Source: a virus (Duplodnaviria > Caudoviricetes). Taken from it: 64,000 nucleotides of DNA. Below are positions 48,308-58,815 of this stretch, piece by piece; within the stretch, counting starts at the first letter, position 1; every line of letters starts with the position of its first letter. The notes beneath the pieces were generated by a model. The model was not told where the DNA came from. It ran no database searches and saw only the letters and a program-made list of their open reading frames with translations. Location of the stretch: the IMG/VR virus record IMGVR_UViG_3300031992_000039, positions 1 through 64,000 of that record; one strand, written 5' to 3'. Both the position numbers and the translations under genes were made by a program.

Positions 48308-49177
48308 TTACTTCTCCGCACTAAAAAATAAATTTATAAACAAATCTTCATTATAATAAGGTATCGTACTTATCCAGCCATAAAACTCATTAGATAATCC
48401 ATCAAAAATACTATCGAATCTATTATGGTAGACAACCTTTTTCCCAAAAAGCATACGAGGTGAATCGTCGTCTATTTGGATGAAAGTAGATATCTCTAAA
48501 TTTAGACGATATAAAAGGTCTTCTCTAATTCTATCAAATTCTTGGGGTTCAACCTCTTGGTTAAAAATTCGATAGCGCGCACCATCAACTCCATGGCAAA
48601 ACAAACAATTCTCTGAGTTAATCACAAAACCACAAAAATAACAACTGGTCAATTCTTTACACTTATATAAAAATCCTCCATCATCTATATCTGAAGAACT
48701 TATAATACAATTCCCCCAAGTCACATCTTTGCTGTTTACAACATTAAATGAGGTACTTATGCGCTCCGAGTCTATAATTTTTTCGCTCGCTCTTACATTA
48801 GATGAGCCATGAATGTATTTAGATTTAGTAATAAAAGAACTATTATTTATACTATTAGAATCCTCTACATTTTTCGATCTAAACACATAATTGCTTTTAT
48901 TTATATCCTCTGAATAAGAAACAAAACTACTATTTTTTACTCTACTACTATATAGTACAGACACACTTTTCTCTATTTCACAAATTTTGTTATATATCTC
49001 TTCCTCTTCTTCAGAAAGTTTAAAATAAATTTTTATAAAATAGAAGAACTCTTTATCAAACTTGGGATTATTAAATACTTCAAGAATTTCCGCGCCTTCC
49101 GGATATTCCTTTTTAAAAAGTTCAATATCAGGCTTATTTGCCGCAAATTTTTCTAAATTCTCAACTGTTATTCTCAT
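48308..49177 (-). CDS. Beta-solenoid repeat protein
   Basis: Hexapeptide-like S..I/V..S repeats and C.FC repeats. Confidence 0.6.
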   Translation of the reverse strand: MRITVENLEKFAANKPDIELFKKEYPEGAEILEVFNNPKFDKEFFYFIKIYFKLSEEEEEIYNKICEIEKSVSVLYSSRVKNSSFVSYSEDINKSNYVFRSKNVEDSNSINNSSFITKSKYIHGSSNVRASEKIIDSERISTSFNVVNSKDVTWGNCIISSSDIDDGGFLYKCKELTSCYFCGFVINSENCLFCHGVDGARYRIFNQEVEPQEFDRIREDLLYRLNLEISTFIQIDDDSPRMLFGKKVVYHNRFDSIFDGLSNEFYGWISTIPYYNEDLFINLFFSAEK

Positions 49178-49827
49178 TTACCTTAAAAGGAATTCTATTA
49201 ACTCCTCCTTCACTATCCTCAATGTATTCAAATGGAAAATCTCGTTCATTCATTATGAATTCCATTCGCTTATTTAAAAGTCTAATAAAAGCCTCTGTAT
49301 TCTGATTTTTTTCATAATAGGCCACTACATATTTATGATTTTTCCCAATTAACTCCGCGCCAAGACGATCCCGCGCATACCGCAAATAACTTGTATAAGA
49401 AAGATTTAAAATTCTTGCGGGGAGAACGGTATAAGAACCCTTTGTTCCCTTAGGAAAAAGTTCTTTTGGAGGATTAAAGCGAATTAAATACTTACTCTTA
49501 TAGAGAGGGCTCTCATCAAAATAAAAATACTTCTCCACTTTAAACCTCCAATTCGTCCCAAAGAGTTTCTATTTCTTCCATTTCTTTACTCGAAAGCTCG
49601 CATAGCCCACCCCAATCATCCATCCTAAAAATAGAGCTATCGAATTCAGGGAGGGGCTCATCAAAACGGATTATATTCTTTTCTTCAACAACCTTATAAT
49701 CGGGAATTACATACTTCTTTACGGTAGAAGGACTGAATCCAGTAGCTCTGGCTACCGCGGCGTATGTCTTAAGTTCACAGTATAAACGATTTATTTCTTT
49801 TATATCCGCATTAGTAATTACTCGCAT
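49161..49827 (-). CDS. Two genes (49161-49538 hypothetical; 49540-49827 HTH protein)
   Basis: YAAVARATGFSPSTVKKY HTH in 49540-49827. Confidence 0.65.
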
Positions 49828-50068
49828 TTATCTCATCCCCTTCATTTCTATATATAGTATAGCAAAACTGAGTAGAAAATTCAAATTTTGGAAATCTTTT
49901 CCTAATAAAAAACGGGCGCGTGCGTGCGCCCGAGTATATAAGAAATTTTTTTAAAAGTCAAATTTTAGGAGAATTTGTTATATAGGGAGTGAGATACGGC
50001 ATTATACAGTCTCCTTTTAATTCTCCTTATCAGTGATAACAACATTGTATGTTTATTCGGTTAAGCGA

Positions 50069-50542
50069 TTAACCTTTCGGTGTAATCGCTACATTGAACG
50101 TGCGGTTCAGAATTGGAACGGCATCTACAATTCTAAACTCATACTTTTTATTATCAAACGGAATCTGGGTTTCGTTGATAAACACATTAAATAGATTATC
50201 ATTAGGCCACTCTATATAAAGTGAGAACATATATTCTATTCCGCTAGGAGTTTGTGCCTTACTTTGAAATCCATAATATGTATATTCACGATCTGGTCTT
50301 AACGCAGGATTATCAACACTAATCGGTACACCATCTTTCATTGCTACAAATGCAGTATCTCCACTGCTTATAGGTATCAATTCACCCTCGGTGTCAAAAT
50401 TGCCAACTGTGATATTGATCACATTAGATTCAAGACCACCGGACGGCTTCGTATCCATCCCATCAAGCAAACTTTTTAAAACCGCAGGATTTGTATTCTC
50501 AGGGCTCTTCATTACATATTCAATAACTTTATCTACGCTCAA
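50069..50542 (-). CDS. Hypothetical protein with N-terminal YV..SP.NTN motif
   Basis: TTG start coupled to the endolysin stop; motif shared with 59913-60128 and 60204-61427. Confidence 0.6.
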   Translation of the reverse strand: MSVDKVIEYVMKSPENTNPAVLKSLLDGMDTKPSGGLESNVINITVGNFDTEGELIPISSGDTAFVAMKDGVPISVDNPALRPDREYTYYGFQSKAQTPSGIEYMFSLYIEWPNDNLFNVFINETQIPFDNKKYEFRIVDAVPILNRTFNVAITPKG

Positions 50543-51474
50543 AGTCCAATGACCTCCTTTAAATATTTCATACTACTATATCCATTTCCATCGGCAAGTA
50601 CAGCCCAACCATTTACAATCGCGCCAACCTCTACAATAGTACCTTTCTTAATCTTTCCACAAATATCATATTTAGTAGAAACGCCATTCCTTATATTTAA
50701 ATTTCCCGTCGCTACATAACTCTTAGGCTTCAGCGCGACAAAATGGAAATATTTATTTTTTACATTAGAGGTATAAGCGTACCCATCTATAGTTATAATT
50801 TTATACCAACCGTCAGGATAAATTTCTAAAACCTTAACTTGCTCACCCTTCTTAATTTCTCCTACGACTTGGCTATTTAAATTGGCTTCTGAACGAATCC
50901 TCATCTTTTGTTTGGCATATGCCGTACCAATTACCTTTCGTTCCTCAGCTGTAATCTCTCCATCATTCAGTACAATTGCTGTATGGCCAGTTGTACAAGT
51001 AACTAAAATATCACCTTTCATAAGATATTTAGATGTATCAGTAATTGCTTTATCAGTTATAATATCGAACTCACCCGTTGCACGTAATATGCTAGCCTCA
51101 TTTCCAGTATAAAAATCACCTACAAAAATTCCCGCATAGGCGCAACAGAGCCTTACAAGCGCGGAACAGTCTACTTCGACTGGCTCTGTAATAGAACCGG
51201 GATCATAGTTTCCACCATTCTTTTTCTTACACCAATTATATGCAGTGTATCTCTGGTCTTTATCATACCCGATATTATCATTTTCGCAGGCCCGGCGCAT
51301 TGCATAAGCTAATTTCTCTCTAATATCTTCGCTTTTCGCGCGAATGATATTCCATCCCTTCTTATTAGGATACCAATCTTCTATGCAGACCTCGAATCCA
51401 TCTTGATCGCCTGCTTGACCGCCGCGGCCCTTTCCATTTTCATCGCGTTTCGCGGAACCAATTTTAACCTTCAT
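50539..51474 (-). CDS. Endolysin: NlpC/P60-like peptidase with two SH3b domains
   Basis: GY.K..R, DCSALV, GDIL and GHTAIV; MRIRSEA and LNIRNG..GWA SH3b repeats. Confidence 0.85.
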   Translation of the reverse strand: MKVKIGSAKRDENGKGRGGQAGDQDGFEVCIEDWYPNKKGWNIIRAKSEDIREKLAYAMRRACENDNIGYDKDQRYTAYNWCKKKNGGNYDPGSITEPVEVDCSALVRLCCAYAGIFVGDFYTGNEASILRATGEFDIITDKAITDTSKYLMKGDILVTCTTGHTAIVLNDGEITAEERKVIGTAYAKQKMRIRSEANLNSQVVGEIKKGEQVKVLEIYPDGWYKIITIDGYAYTSNVKNKYFHFVALKPKSYVATGNLNIRNGVSTKYDICGKIKKGTIVEVGAIVNGWAVLADGNGYSSMKYLKEVIGL

Positions 51475-51489
51475 TTATTTCACCTCAAT

Positions 51490-51882
51490 TCAAATCTTAT
51501 TTTTATTTACTTCGGCTTCTATGCATTCCTCAATATATTTAGTCAAGTCGCCATAAATGCTTTCTAGATACTCGCGCGCATCATCTGATAAGATAGCTAA
51601 AATAGCTTCATAAGTACGCTTAAAAGCTTCTTTTTGAGCTTCCCCATCAAAAATATTTTCTCCTTTAAGTGCATCTACATATGTTTGATTTGTTGCAATA
51701 ACACAATTACAAATCGTATCTGTTAACAAACTTATATACTTATTTGCTAACTCATTATCTGATCGTGTCTTAATGTTTTCCACTTTCGCTCGAATAACCT
51801 TAATCAGATAAACCGTAAGTAAGCTTAAAAGAGGCACGATAAATATAGTGAAGATTTCATTTAAAATTTTTATCCAATCCAT
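51490..51882 (-). CDS. Putative holin
   Basis: N-terminal TM, ATNQTYVD.LK, IEAEV; upstream of the endolysin. Confidence 0.7.
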   Translation of the reverse strand: MDWIKILNEIFTIFIVPLLSLLTVYLIKVIRAKVENIKTRSDNELANKYISLLTDTICNCVIATNQTYVDALKGENIFDGEAQKEAFKRTYEAILAILSDDAREYLESIYGDLTKYIEECIEAEVNKNKI

Positions 51883-51884
51883 TC

Positions 51885-52193
51885 TTAACCCTCTGCATCC
51901 TCTAAATTATTGGTATTCTCATATTCAAAAGGAACACCATCACTATTAATGCCATATTTATTACGACTATTCTTTAATCCCATCTGATATAATAAATAAC
52001 TTAAAAGCGAGGCTATAACGGTACTTACATTAACAACCGCCAGTGTTGGCTCAGGCATCTCCGAACTTGTTTCAATAGCAAGTCTACAGAGAGTATAATA
52101 CTCTATTCCACACCAAATACCATAAACCGCGAAAATGGCGGCAATTAAGGAACAAAATAACTTCGACCATTCAATTTTTTTCTTCTTTTTCAT
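51885..52193 (-). CDS. Two-TM membrane protein (lysis cassette)
   Basis: Basic N-terminus and two hydrophobic helices. Confidence 0.6.
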   Translation of the reverse strand: MKKKKKIEWSKLFCSLIAAIFAVYGIWCGIEYYTLCRLAIETSSEMPEPTLAVVNVSTVIASLLSYLLYQMGLKNSRNKYGINSDGVPFEYENTNNLEDAEG

Positions 52194-52325
52194 AGTCTAC
52201 CTCCTTATACTCCTATAAATAAGTAAAATAAATAATTTATCTCTCTATAGTTCTGAAAACTTGAATTTAGAATAAAAAAGGTATATAATTAAAAAGAAAA
52301 AAGATATTTAAAAGGGGTTGATGTT

Positions 52326-52688
52326 GTGTACAAAGAAGATTTGATGGATGCGATAGTTCATGTTACCATTCAGGATCTATTTGTGTTATCAAAAGATGGA
52401 AAAATTATAAAACTTTCAAATTTTTCTTTTAAAAATAAAAGCCACTTAGCTATATTATCTATCTCGGCTCTTATGCGAAATATATTTAATTTTGATATAG
52501 AAATTGAAAGTGATTTTTTCTCTTATTGGTTTTATAATTTGAAGCATAAGTATAAAAAGTTTTGTAAGCGCGTACCAAAAGTGGGCGATGGAATAAATGT
52601 AGATTTACTTATAAATAATATAGAAAATTTAAATAACCTTCCTTCCATTTTTTCAGAAATTTATGAAAAGTATTATAAAGGAGAATAA
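52326..52688 (+). CDS. Hypothetical protein
   Basis: ORF behind a sigma-A promoter at about 52261-52290; start codon uncertain. Confidence 0.55.
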   Translation: MYKEDLMDAIVHVTIQDLFVLSKDGKIIKLSNFSFKNKSHLAILSISALMRNIFNFDIEIESDFFSYWFYNLKHKYKKFCKRVPKVGDGINVDLLINNIENLNNLPSIFSEIYEKYYKGE

Positions 52689-52689
52689 G

Positions 52690-53136
52690 ATGGTAATCTA
52701 TACAGATGGAGCCACCTCCAATAATGGATATGATGGCGCGCGAGGTGGCTGGGCGTATATAGTTCTTGAAGGAGATAAAATTATTAAAGAAGAGAGCGGT
52801 TATGTGCCCGAGGCTACTAATAATAAATGCGAACTAATTGCGCTTATAAATGCATGTAAGGCAATTTATAACATTTGGGGAGAACATATAATTTATAGCG
52901 ATAGCGCATATTGTATTAGATGTTGGAAGGAAAAATGGTATGAAAGATGGGAGAGAAATGGCTGGAAGACTTCTAATAAAACCCCTGTTGCAAATAAAGA
53001 GCTCTGGCGCGAATTAATCCCATTTTTTAGAAATTCTCTTTTAAAATTTGAAAAAGTAAAAGGACATTCCGGAGATAAATGGAATGAATATGTAGATAAA
53101 TTGGCCGTAAAAGCTAAAGGAGTTTTAAATGGTTAA
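52690..53136 (+). CDS. rnhA: Ribonuclease HI
   Basis: YTDGA, TNN..EL.A, SDS.Y, N..LW and KVKGHSG...NE.VD.LA. Confidence 0.92.
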   Translation: MVIYTDGATSNNGYDGARGGWAYIVLEGDKIIKEESGYVPEATNNKCELIALINACKAIYNIWGEHIIYSDSAYCIRCWKEKWYERWERNGWKTSNKTPVANKELWRELIPFFRNSLLKFEKVKGHSGDKWNEYVDKLAVKAKGVLNG

Positions 53137-54109
53137 TCTTATAATTCCTGTGTACAAGGCGCGGGAGACCTTGCCGCGAGCATTAGATTCTCTTGTCGCG
53201 CAAACAAAAAAAATGTTTATTGTTACAATAGTTCAGGATTGTGATGGAGAAGATTATAAGAAATTAATAGAAGAATATAGACGACGAGGTTTAAAGATTC
53301 GTCATTTAATTACTCCAGAAAATCTTGGCCCAGGTGGCGCACGGCAGTATGGGATAGACTCTGATGATATGTGCGACTACTTTATGTTTTTAGATGCGGA
53401 TGATATGTTATATCCTCGCGCGATTGATGCCCTTTACCATGAAGCTAAATTACACAATGCTGATGTTATATCTTCTAGCTTTATGGCTGAGGATGAACAC
53501 ACTACTATAAATTTTCCTGTTGAAGATACTCCTGTTACATGGACGCATGGGAAAATTTATCGAGCGAAATATTTAAAAGATAATAATATAAGATTTTTAA
53601 AAAATCTTCGACTAAACGAGGATTCTTATTTTAACCTTGTAGCTATAAATTGTACAAAAAATAAGTTTAAACTACGAGAGTATACTTATTTATGGAGAGA
53701 AAATAAAAATTCCTTAACTAGAAAAGAAGATAGAGTATCTTTTTTAGAAAAAAGTTGGAGCCAATATGTTTATTCTCAAGTTCAAGGATTGTTGGACATA
53801 CTTAAATTAAAGGGCGATCTAACTCCCTCACTTATCGCCGCGACTTTAAATAATATTTATTCTCAGATGATGGAGGCTATATATTATAAGATTCCCATAG
53901 AAAGCGTGAAACCAGTATGCAGTCAGTTGGGAGAGAATAAAGTAATATTGGATTTAATAGATACTGAAGAGTTTTGGAGGACAATTTATAATGTTGTAAA
54001 ACCTTCTTTACTAACGAATAATACCCTTATATTTTTTAAAATGCGTTTTTGCGATTGGCTTAATGAATATATATTAGGAGAAGATGGAAATGAAGTTATT
54101 TATAGTTAA
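53129..54109 (+). CDS. Glycosyltransferase family 2
   Basis: IIPVY, N.GPGGARQ.G, FLDADD and NEDSYFN. Confidence 0.88.
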   Translation: MVNLIIPVYKARETLPRALDSLVAQTKKMFIVTIVQDCDGEDYKKLIEEYRRRGLKIRHLITPENLGPGGARQYGIDSDDMCDYFMFLDADDMLYPRAIDALYHEAKLHNADVISSSFMAEDEHTTINFPVEDTPVTWTHGKIYRAKYLKDNNIRFLKNLRLNEDSYFNLVAINCTKNKFKLREYTYLWRENKNSLTRKEDRVSFLEKSWSQYVYSQVQGLLDILKLKGDLTPSLIAATLNNIYSQMMEAIYYKIPIESVKPVCSQLGENKVILDLIDTEEFWRTIYNVVKPSLLTNNTLIFFKMRFCDWLNEYILGEDGNEVIYS

Positions 54110-54605
54110 CGGCGCGCCGGGCGCAGGGAAAACGACCTTTGAAAATATGGTGCAAGATGTATTTTTAGAGGAATACCCTGATTCAAAATATTGCTATATT
54201 TTTTCCACGATTGATTTTATAAAAGATATCGCTTATAAATGTGGATGGGATGGTACAAAGACAGGTAAAAATCGAAAATTTTTATCTGATTTAAAGGATC
54301 TTTTAACTGAATGGGATGATGTTCCTTATCAGCATATACTTACTCAAATTGAATACATACCATCATATTTAAAAGAAAAAGATATAATAGTTTTTATAGA
54401 TAGTCGTGAACCACAAGAAATAGAGCGATTTAAGCGCGAGTTAGATGCGAAGGCTCTACTTATTCGACGCGATGAAAATCAAACCGAAATCACAAATCAC
54501 GCAGATAGAAATGTGGAAAATTGTAAATATGACTATATAATTGAAAATAATGGAAGTCTTGTAGATTTATACGCGCGCGCACGAGAATTTTTAAAAGAGA
54601 TATAA
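54090..54605 (+). CDS. P-loop (deoxy)nucleotide monophosphate kinase-like protein
   Basis: NGAPGAGKTT, IDSREP.E, NHAD and IIEN.G. Confidence 0.7.
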   Translation: MKLFIVNGAPGAGKTTFENMVQDVFLEEYPDSKYCYIFSTIDFIKDIAYKCGWDGTKTGKNRKFLSDLKDLLTEWDDVPYQHILTQIEYIPSYLKEKDIIVFIDSREPQEIERFKRELDAKALLIRRDENQTEITNHADRNVENCKYDYIIENNGSLVDLYARAREFLKEI

Positions 54606-54641
54606 ATAAAACCCAGTAGAGCGTCTTCTACTGGGCCTTTT

Positions 54642-55076
54642 TTAATCTTCAACAAGATCTTGATAGGAAATCGTATCAATTTCCCATTTACAAATCTCTT
54701 TATATAATAAAGAAGCGTAGCTATTTCCGTTATATTTATTTGTGTAAAGTTCGTAAGTTAAATCCGCCGTTTTTCGTTGATATAAAGGAATTTTTTTATC
54801 TTTTTGATATTTATAATAAATATCTTTAAGTATATTTCTACACTGCTGTTTTGTAAATTCCTCTCCTGTTTCTACTTTTAATAATAGCCTATCAAGAATA
54901 GTTTTTATTTCTTCTATGTCTTGAGTTTGTTGGCTATTTTGTTCATAAAGGTCTTTCGTATTTTTAAGAACTATATTCTTAATAAAATTGCGTCCGCCCT
55001 TTGTGCATAAAGTGATTAAACTAATAACGGAAAGAATACATCCTATAATAGCAGCTATATTTTTTATAACTTCCAT
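54642..55076 (-). CDS. Membrane-anchored hypothetical protein
   Basis: N-terminal TM and coiled coil; late-type motif upstream. Confidence 0.6.
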   Translation of the reverse strand: MEVIKNIAAIIGCILSVISLITLCTKGGRNFIKNIVLKNTKDLYEQNSQQTQDIEEIKTILDRLLLKVETGEEFTKQQCRNILKDIYYKYQKDKKIPLYQRKTADLTYELYTNKYNGNSYASLLYKEICKWEIDTISYQDLVED

Positions 55077-55131
55077 AGAAAATCCTCCTTATCCGACTTC
55101 TCCCAATATAGAAGTAGATTTCTTATGGTTG

Positions 55132-55530
55132 CTATCTATCTTTTTGATGTGTTCGCCACACTTCATCATTATGAAATTTTGAAAGAGCAAGGAATTTTTT
55201 AGAAGTTATTTCTTTAAAAGAGGATAAGTTATCTATCTCCCAATATGGGATACAGTATAAAGCAATGTTGTGCGCGAGACAGTATGAAATTTTTTGACGA
55301 TCGCGCTCCTTTGCTTTTAGGAAATCGGAGCGTTTTTTATAAAAAAATTTATTGAATTCGTAGTGGTGAGGCCCATTTATCTCTAGACATGTATTGCGCG
55401 AAGGGATATAAAAATCATAGCGATATAAGCCATTTTTTAAATCTCTAAAAGTTTTTTCCTGAACAAAAGATAAGTCCTCCTGACGAAGAATTTTATATAT
55501 CTTCTGTTCAAAAGAACTCATTTTACTCAT
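55132..55530 (-). CDS. Vsr/DUF559-like endonuclease
   Basis: E..I, RYDFYIP, EING.HH, D..K..YC and IPYW; TAG stop. Confidence 0.75.
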   Translation of the reverse strand: MSKMSSFEQKIYKILRQEDLSFVQEKTFRDLKNGLYRYDFYIPSRNTCLEINGPHHYEFNKFFYKKRSDFLKAKERDRQKISYCLAHNIALYCIPYWEIDNLSSFKEITSKKFLALSKFHNDEVWRTHQKDR

Positions 55531-55532
55531 AT

Positions 55533-56639
55533 TTAATTTTCTCCAAAAATCCTGTACCAATCAGTGTCTCGTGCAGTCAAATCTGGACGCCAATTTTTAA
55601 ATTTCGGATGGCGAATACCCTTTGTTTCTCCAAAAACTTGCATTCCGGTTATCTCAGCCACTCTTCCCTTATAATCCCTCCAATTAGAAAGGACTTCTTC
55701 TGTAAGTCCACTTAATGAGCCAATCACAACAAGTTTATCATCCTTTTTCGCACCTATAACCAAACTTCCAGCCCAATCATTCCAATAAGCCTTAGTAACT
55801 GGTTCGATAGACATACCATCACTATATTCTTTATAGAGTTCTCCTTCTAACTTTTCACCTGTTCGTATATTTTCCCAATACTTCCAAGTTAGGATCTCTT
55901 TTCCTCCATATAAGCGTGTAGGTGGATTCGCATCAAGTATAACTACATCAAGAGTCTCTTGAAGCTCTTTTTTAATTTTTATACTGACTTTGGCCGGAGT
56001 TCTTTTTTGGTATACAATAGCATCCTTTCTCATTATCACTACCCCTTCCTTACCTTCAGATAGATAAGTTTGAATATTTTCCCAAAGTTCTTCACCCTGA
56101 TAATATTCGGCATATTGTATATAACTAGAACCATATTTTTTACTTATTTCTTTTAGAATGTGTACCCTATCCTTAAATTTTGTATAAAGATAATTTTCTC
56201 CACTATATGCCATTACATCAAAAATATAAAAGTTTAATGGAGTCTTTTCTTGACGAAGGATAGCTTTATCTTTTAGACATCCTAAAATACTCGTAACTTT
56301 ATTACTACCCTCATTATTTGGTAAATAACACTCACTTAACAAACAAGTGCCATTGGGCAGATCTTTTAACCAATCTGTTAATTGCGGAACCCATTCAATT
56401 TTATTGACCACTTCCCCGTGTACATTTCGTGATCTAGCTATCATGAAACAATTACCATCTTCATCTTTAATAATTCTTTGATAATAACCGTCTACTTTAA
56501 GTGCACCAATATAGTCTAGGCTAAAAATTGCATTTTTAACTATTTCATGCCTTTGTTGCTGTGAGGTAGATGTCGTAAATGACCAATATTTCATTGGTTC
56601 TATATTTATCCAATCAATATTATTTATATATCCTTTCAT
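55533..56639 (-). CDS. ATP-dependent DNA ligase
   Basis: LKVDG (motif I), IFDV, EGVVI, IKIK and C-terminal OB domain (RHPKF). Confidence 0.85.
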   Translation of the reverse strand: MKGYINNIDWINIEPMKYWSFTTSTSQQQRHEIVKNAIFSLDYIGALKVDGYYQRIIKDEDGNCFMIARSRNVHGEVVNKIEWVPQLTDWLKDLPNGTCLLSECYLPNNEGSNKVTSILGCLKDKAILRQEKTPLNFYIFDVMAYSGENYLYTKFKDRVHILKEISKKYGSSYIQYAEYYQGEELWENIQTYLSEGKEGVVIMRKDAIVYQKRTPAKVSIKIKKELQETLDVVILDANPPTRLYGGKEILTWKYWENIRTGEKLEGELYKEYSDGMSIEPVTKAYWNDWAGSLVIGAKKDDKLVVIGSLSGLTEEVLSNWRDYKGRVAEITGMQVFGETKGIRHPKFKNWRPDLTARDTDWYRIFGEN

Positions 56640-56753
56640 ATTGCCTCCTTTTATATATAAATATTATATAACTTTTTTGATAAAATTTCAAAATTTCAAC
56701 ATTTTTATGTATAACTAGCTGGACAAATTCACTTTAATATAGGAGGTGATAGA

Positions 56754-57590
56754 ATGGGTTACATTTATAAAATCACAAATTTAATTAATAATAAATTATA
56801 TATAGGGAAAACAGTAACCTCTATAGCACATCGTTGGGATCAACATAAATCTGCCGCCAGAAATGGAGTAGAATGGGCCTTATATAAAGCAATTAGAAAA
56901 TATGGAGAGGATAATTTTAGTATAGAGATGATCGAAGAAGTAGATGATAATAGTTTAAGTAATAGAGAAATATATTGGATTAATTATTATAATTCTTATA
57001 AAAATGGATATAATATGACATTAGGAGGAGATGGGAGAATAAATTTGAACCGTAATAAAATAATAGAATTATGGAATAATGGATGTTCAGCTCAAACTAT
57101 TAGTAAAAATTTAAATTGTTGGGTAAGTACCGTTATAGATATTTTAAAAGAACAAAATATATATGATCCCGAAAGAATTAAAAAAGAAAGAATGATTAAT
57201 ACTGCCAATTCGCAATCACAACATAAAATTATTCAATATAGTGAAAATGGGGAAATTATAAATATTTTTAATTCTTGTAAGGAGGCTGCGGAACATATAG
57301 GTGGGCTTTCAGACACAATACATGGTGGAATAACTACTAAAGGAAGTCGCTATGGTTATTATTGGGCGTATGAAGATGCTAAAGAACTACCTAATTTTAA
57401 ACCAATTAAAAGATCTATTATAAGAGAAGTATATCAATATTCTTTAAATGAAGATTTTATAAATTGTTTTAATAGCGCAGCAGAAGCACAAAGAAAAACA
57501 AATATTAATAGCTCTTCAATTTTAAGAGTGTGTAAAGGACAACGAAAAACTGCTGGTGGATATAAATGGAGCTATGATTTAATAGAATAA
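56754..57590 (+). CDS. Free-standing GIY-YIG homing endonuclease with NUMOD1 repeats
   Basis: GYIYKITN..N.K.YIGKT, conserved R, E..WI, GYN.T.GG and TAGGYKW. Confidence 0.88.
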   Translation: MGYIYKITNLINNKLYIGKTVTSIAHRWDQHKSAARNGVEWALYKAIRKYGEDNFSIEMIEEVDDNSLSNREIYWINYYNSYKNGYNMTLGGDGRINLNRNKIIELWNNGCSAQTISKNLNCWVSTVIDILKEQNIYDPERIKKERMINTANSQSQHKIIQYSENGEIINIFNSCKEAAEHIGGLSDTIHGGITTKGSRYGYYWAYEDAKELPNFKPIKRSIIREVYQYSLNEDFINCFNSAAEAQRKTNINSSSILRVCKGQRKTAGGYKWSYDLIE

Positions 57591-57792
57591 AACCCTTCAT
57601 ATCTATACTCCTTCTATTTTATATATAGATTATACCATAGATTTAAAAGAAGTTCAAATTTTTAAATATTAATTAACCTCAAGAGCTTCATCAGATAGAA
57701 GTGAGCGGTATTCTCTTTTTCTTTAAAAAATTTGAAATCTATTTAAAAATATATTATAATATAAATAGAAATAAAATAGGAGTTTTATATAA

Positions 57793-58815
57793 ATGAAGGA
57801 CATTAATTATATAGTTGGATTTGTTTTAAGTGGAATTATAATACTTATAACTTTAATTGCCTATATATCTGAAAAAAGAAAATTTAAAAAACTTAATAAA
57901 GAAATAAAAGAAGAAAAAGAAAAAATTCAAGAAGATTGGCTTAAAGAAGCACAACAAAAATATCTTTTTGAAATTCAAGATAAAATAAATGAGTTAAACT
58001 CTATAGAAGAAAAAATAAAAGAAAAAGAAAACGAAATAATTAAAGTAGAAAAAGAGCTTTCCGAGAAGAAAAATTTTAATTCTTCCCTTTTAAAAATTCG
58101 AGAAGAAGAATTAAATAGATTAATTGAAGAGAAGCGTCAAAAGCGTGAGAGTGAACTTGAATTTGAAATTGAGGAATGGGCGCAATCTGCGCAAGAGGCC
58201 GCCACATATCAGCGCGACCAAATTTTTAAGCAATATCAAAAAGATATTGACGAACAATATGAAAAATTAAGAAATCTTTATCTTGAAATTAATGAATATA
58301 AAGAAAAGCGCGACGCTATGAATCAAGAAATTATGCGCGCTCGTGCAATCGAAGAAAAACAGGACTTTTATCGAATTCAAATTCCGGATGGATATCGTCA
58401 TGATATAGAACTCTTAAATGAAATTCGTTCCCAATTTTCAAAAATTGAAATTCTTGATAAACTTATTTATGATAATTATATAAAAAAGCCAGTTGATGAA
58501 ATGATAAAGAGAATTCTTGGCGGACGCGCTCCATCTGGTATATATAAAATAACCCGTTTGAAGACTGGGGAGGTTTATATAGGTAAGTCTACTGATGTAA
58601 AAACTAGAATTCAACAACATTGTAAAACTTGCTATCATTGTGGTACAATAAGTCGTTCTACTCTTCACGATGTAATGGATAGAGATAAAATTTGGAATTT
58701 TACTTTTGAACTTTTAGAAGAAGTTCCAAAAGAAAAACTCGGAGAAAGGGAAAAATATTGGATTAATTTTTATGATTCTAAAAAATTTGGGCTTAATGAA
58801 AAAAATGGAGGATAA
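57793..58815 (+). CDS. Membrane-anchored coiled-coil protein with C-terminal GIY-YIG domain
   Basis: N-terminal TM, long coiled coil, GIYKIT...YIGKS...R..QH...E..WI. Confidence 0.8.
   Translation: MKDINYIVGFVLSGIIILITLIAYISEKRKFKKLNKEIKEEKEKIQEDWLKEAQQKYLFEIQDKINELNSIEEKIKEKENEIIKVEKELSEKKNFNSSLLKIREEELNRLIEEKRQKRESELEFEIEEWAQSAQEAATYQRDQIFKQYQKDIDEQYEKLRNLYLEINEYKEKRDAMNQEIMRARAIEEKQDFYRIQIPDGYRHDIELLNEIRSQFSKIEILDKLIYDNYIKKPVDEMIKRILGGRAPSGIYKITRLKTGEVYIGKSTDVKTRIQQHCKTCYHCGTISRSTLHDVMDRDKIWNFTFELLEEVPKEKLGEREKYWINFYDSKKFGLNEKNGG

Noticed and set aside
49960-50030. 14-codon ORF MPYLTPYITNSPKI with a strong RBS after 50069
   Set aside because: Too short to support; possibly a gene remnant
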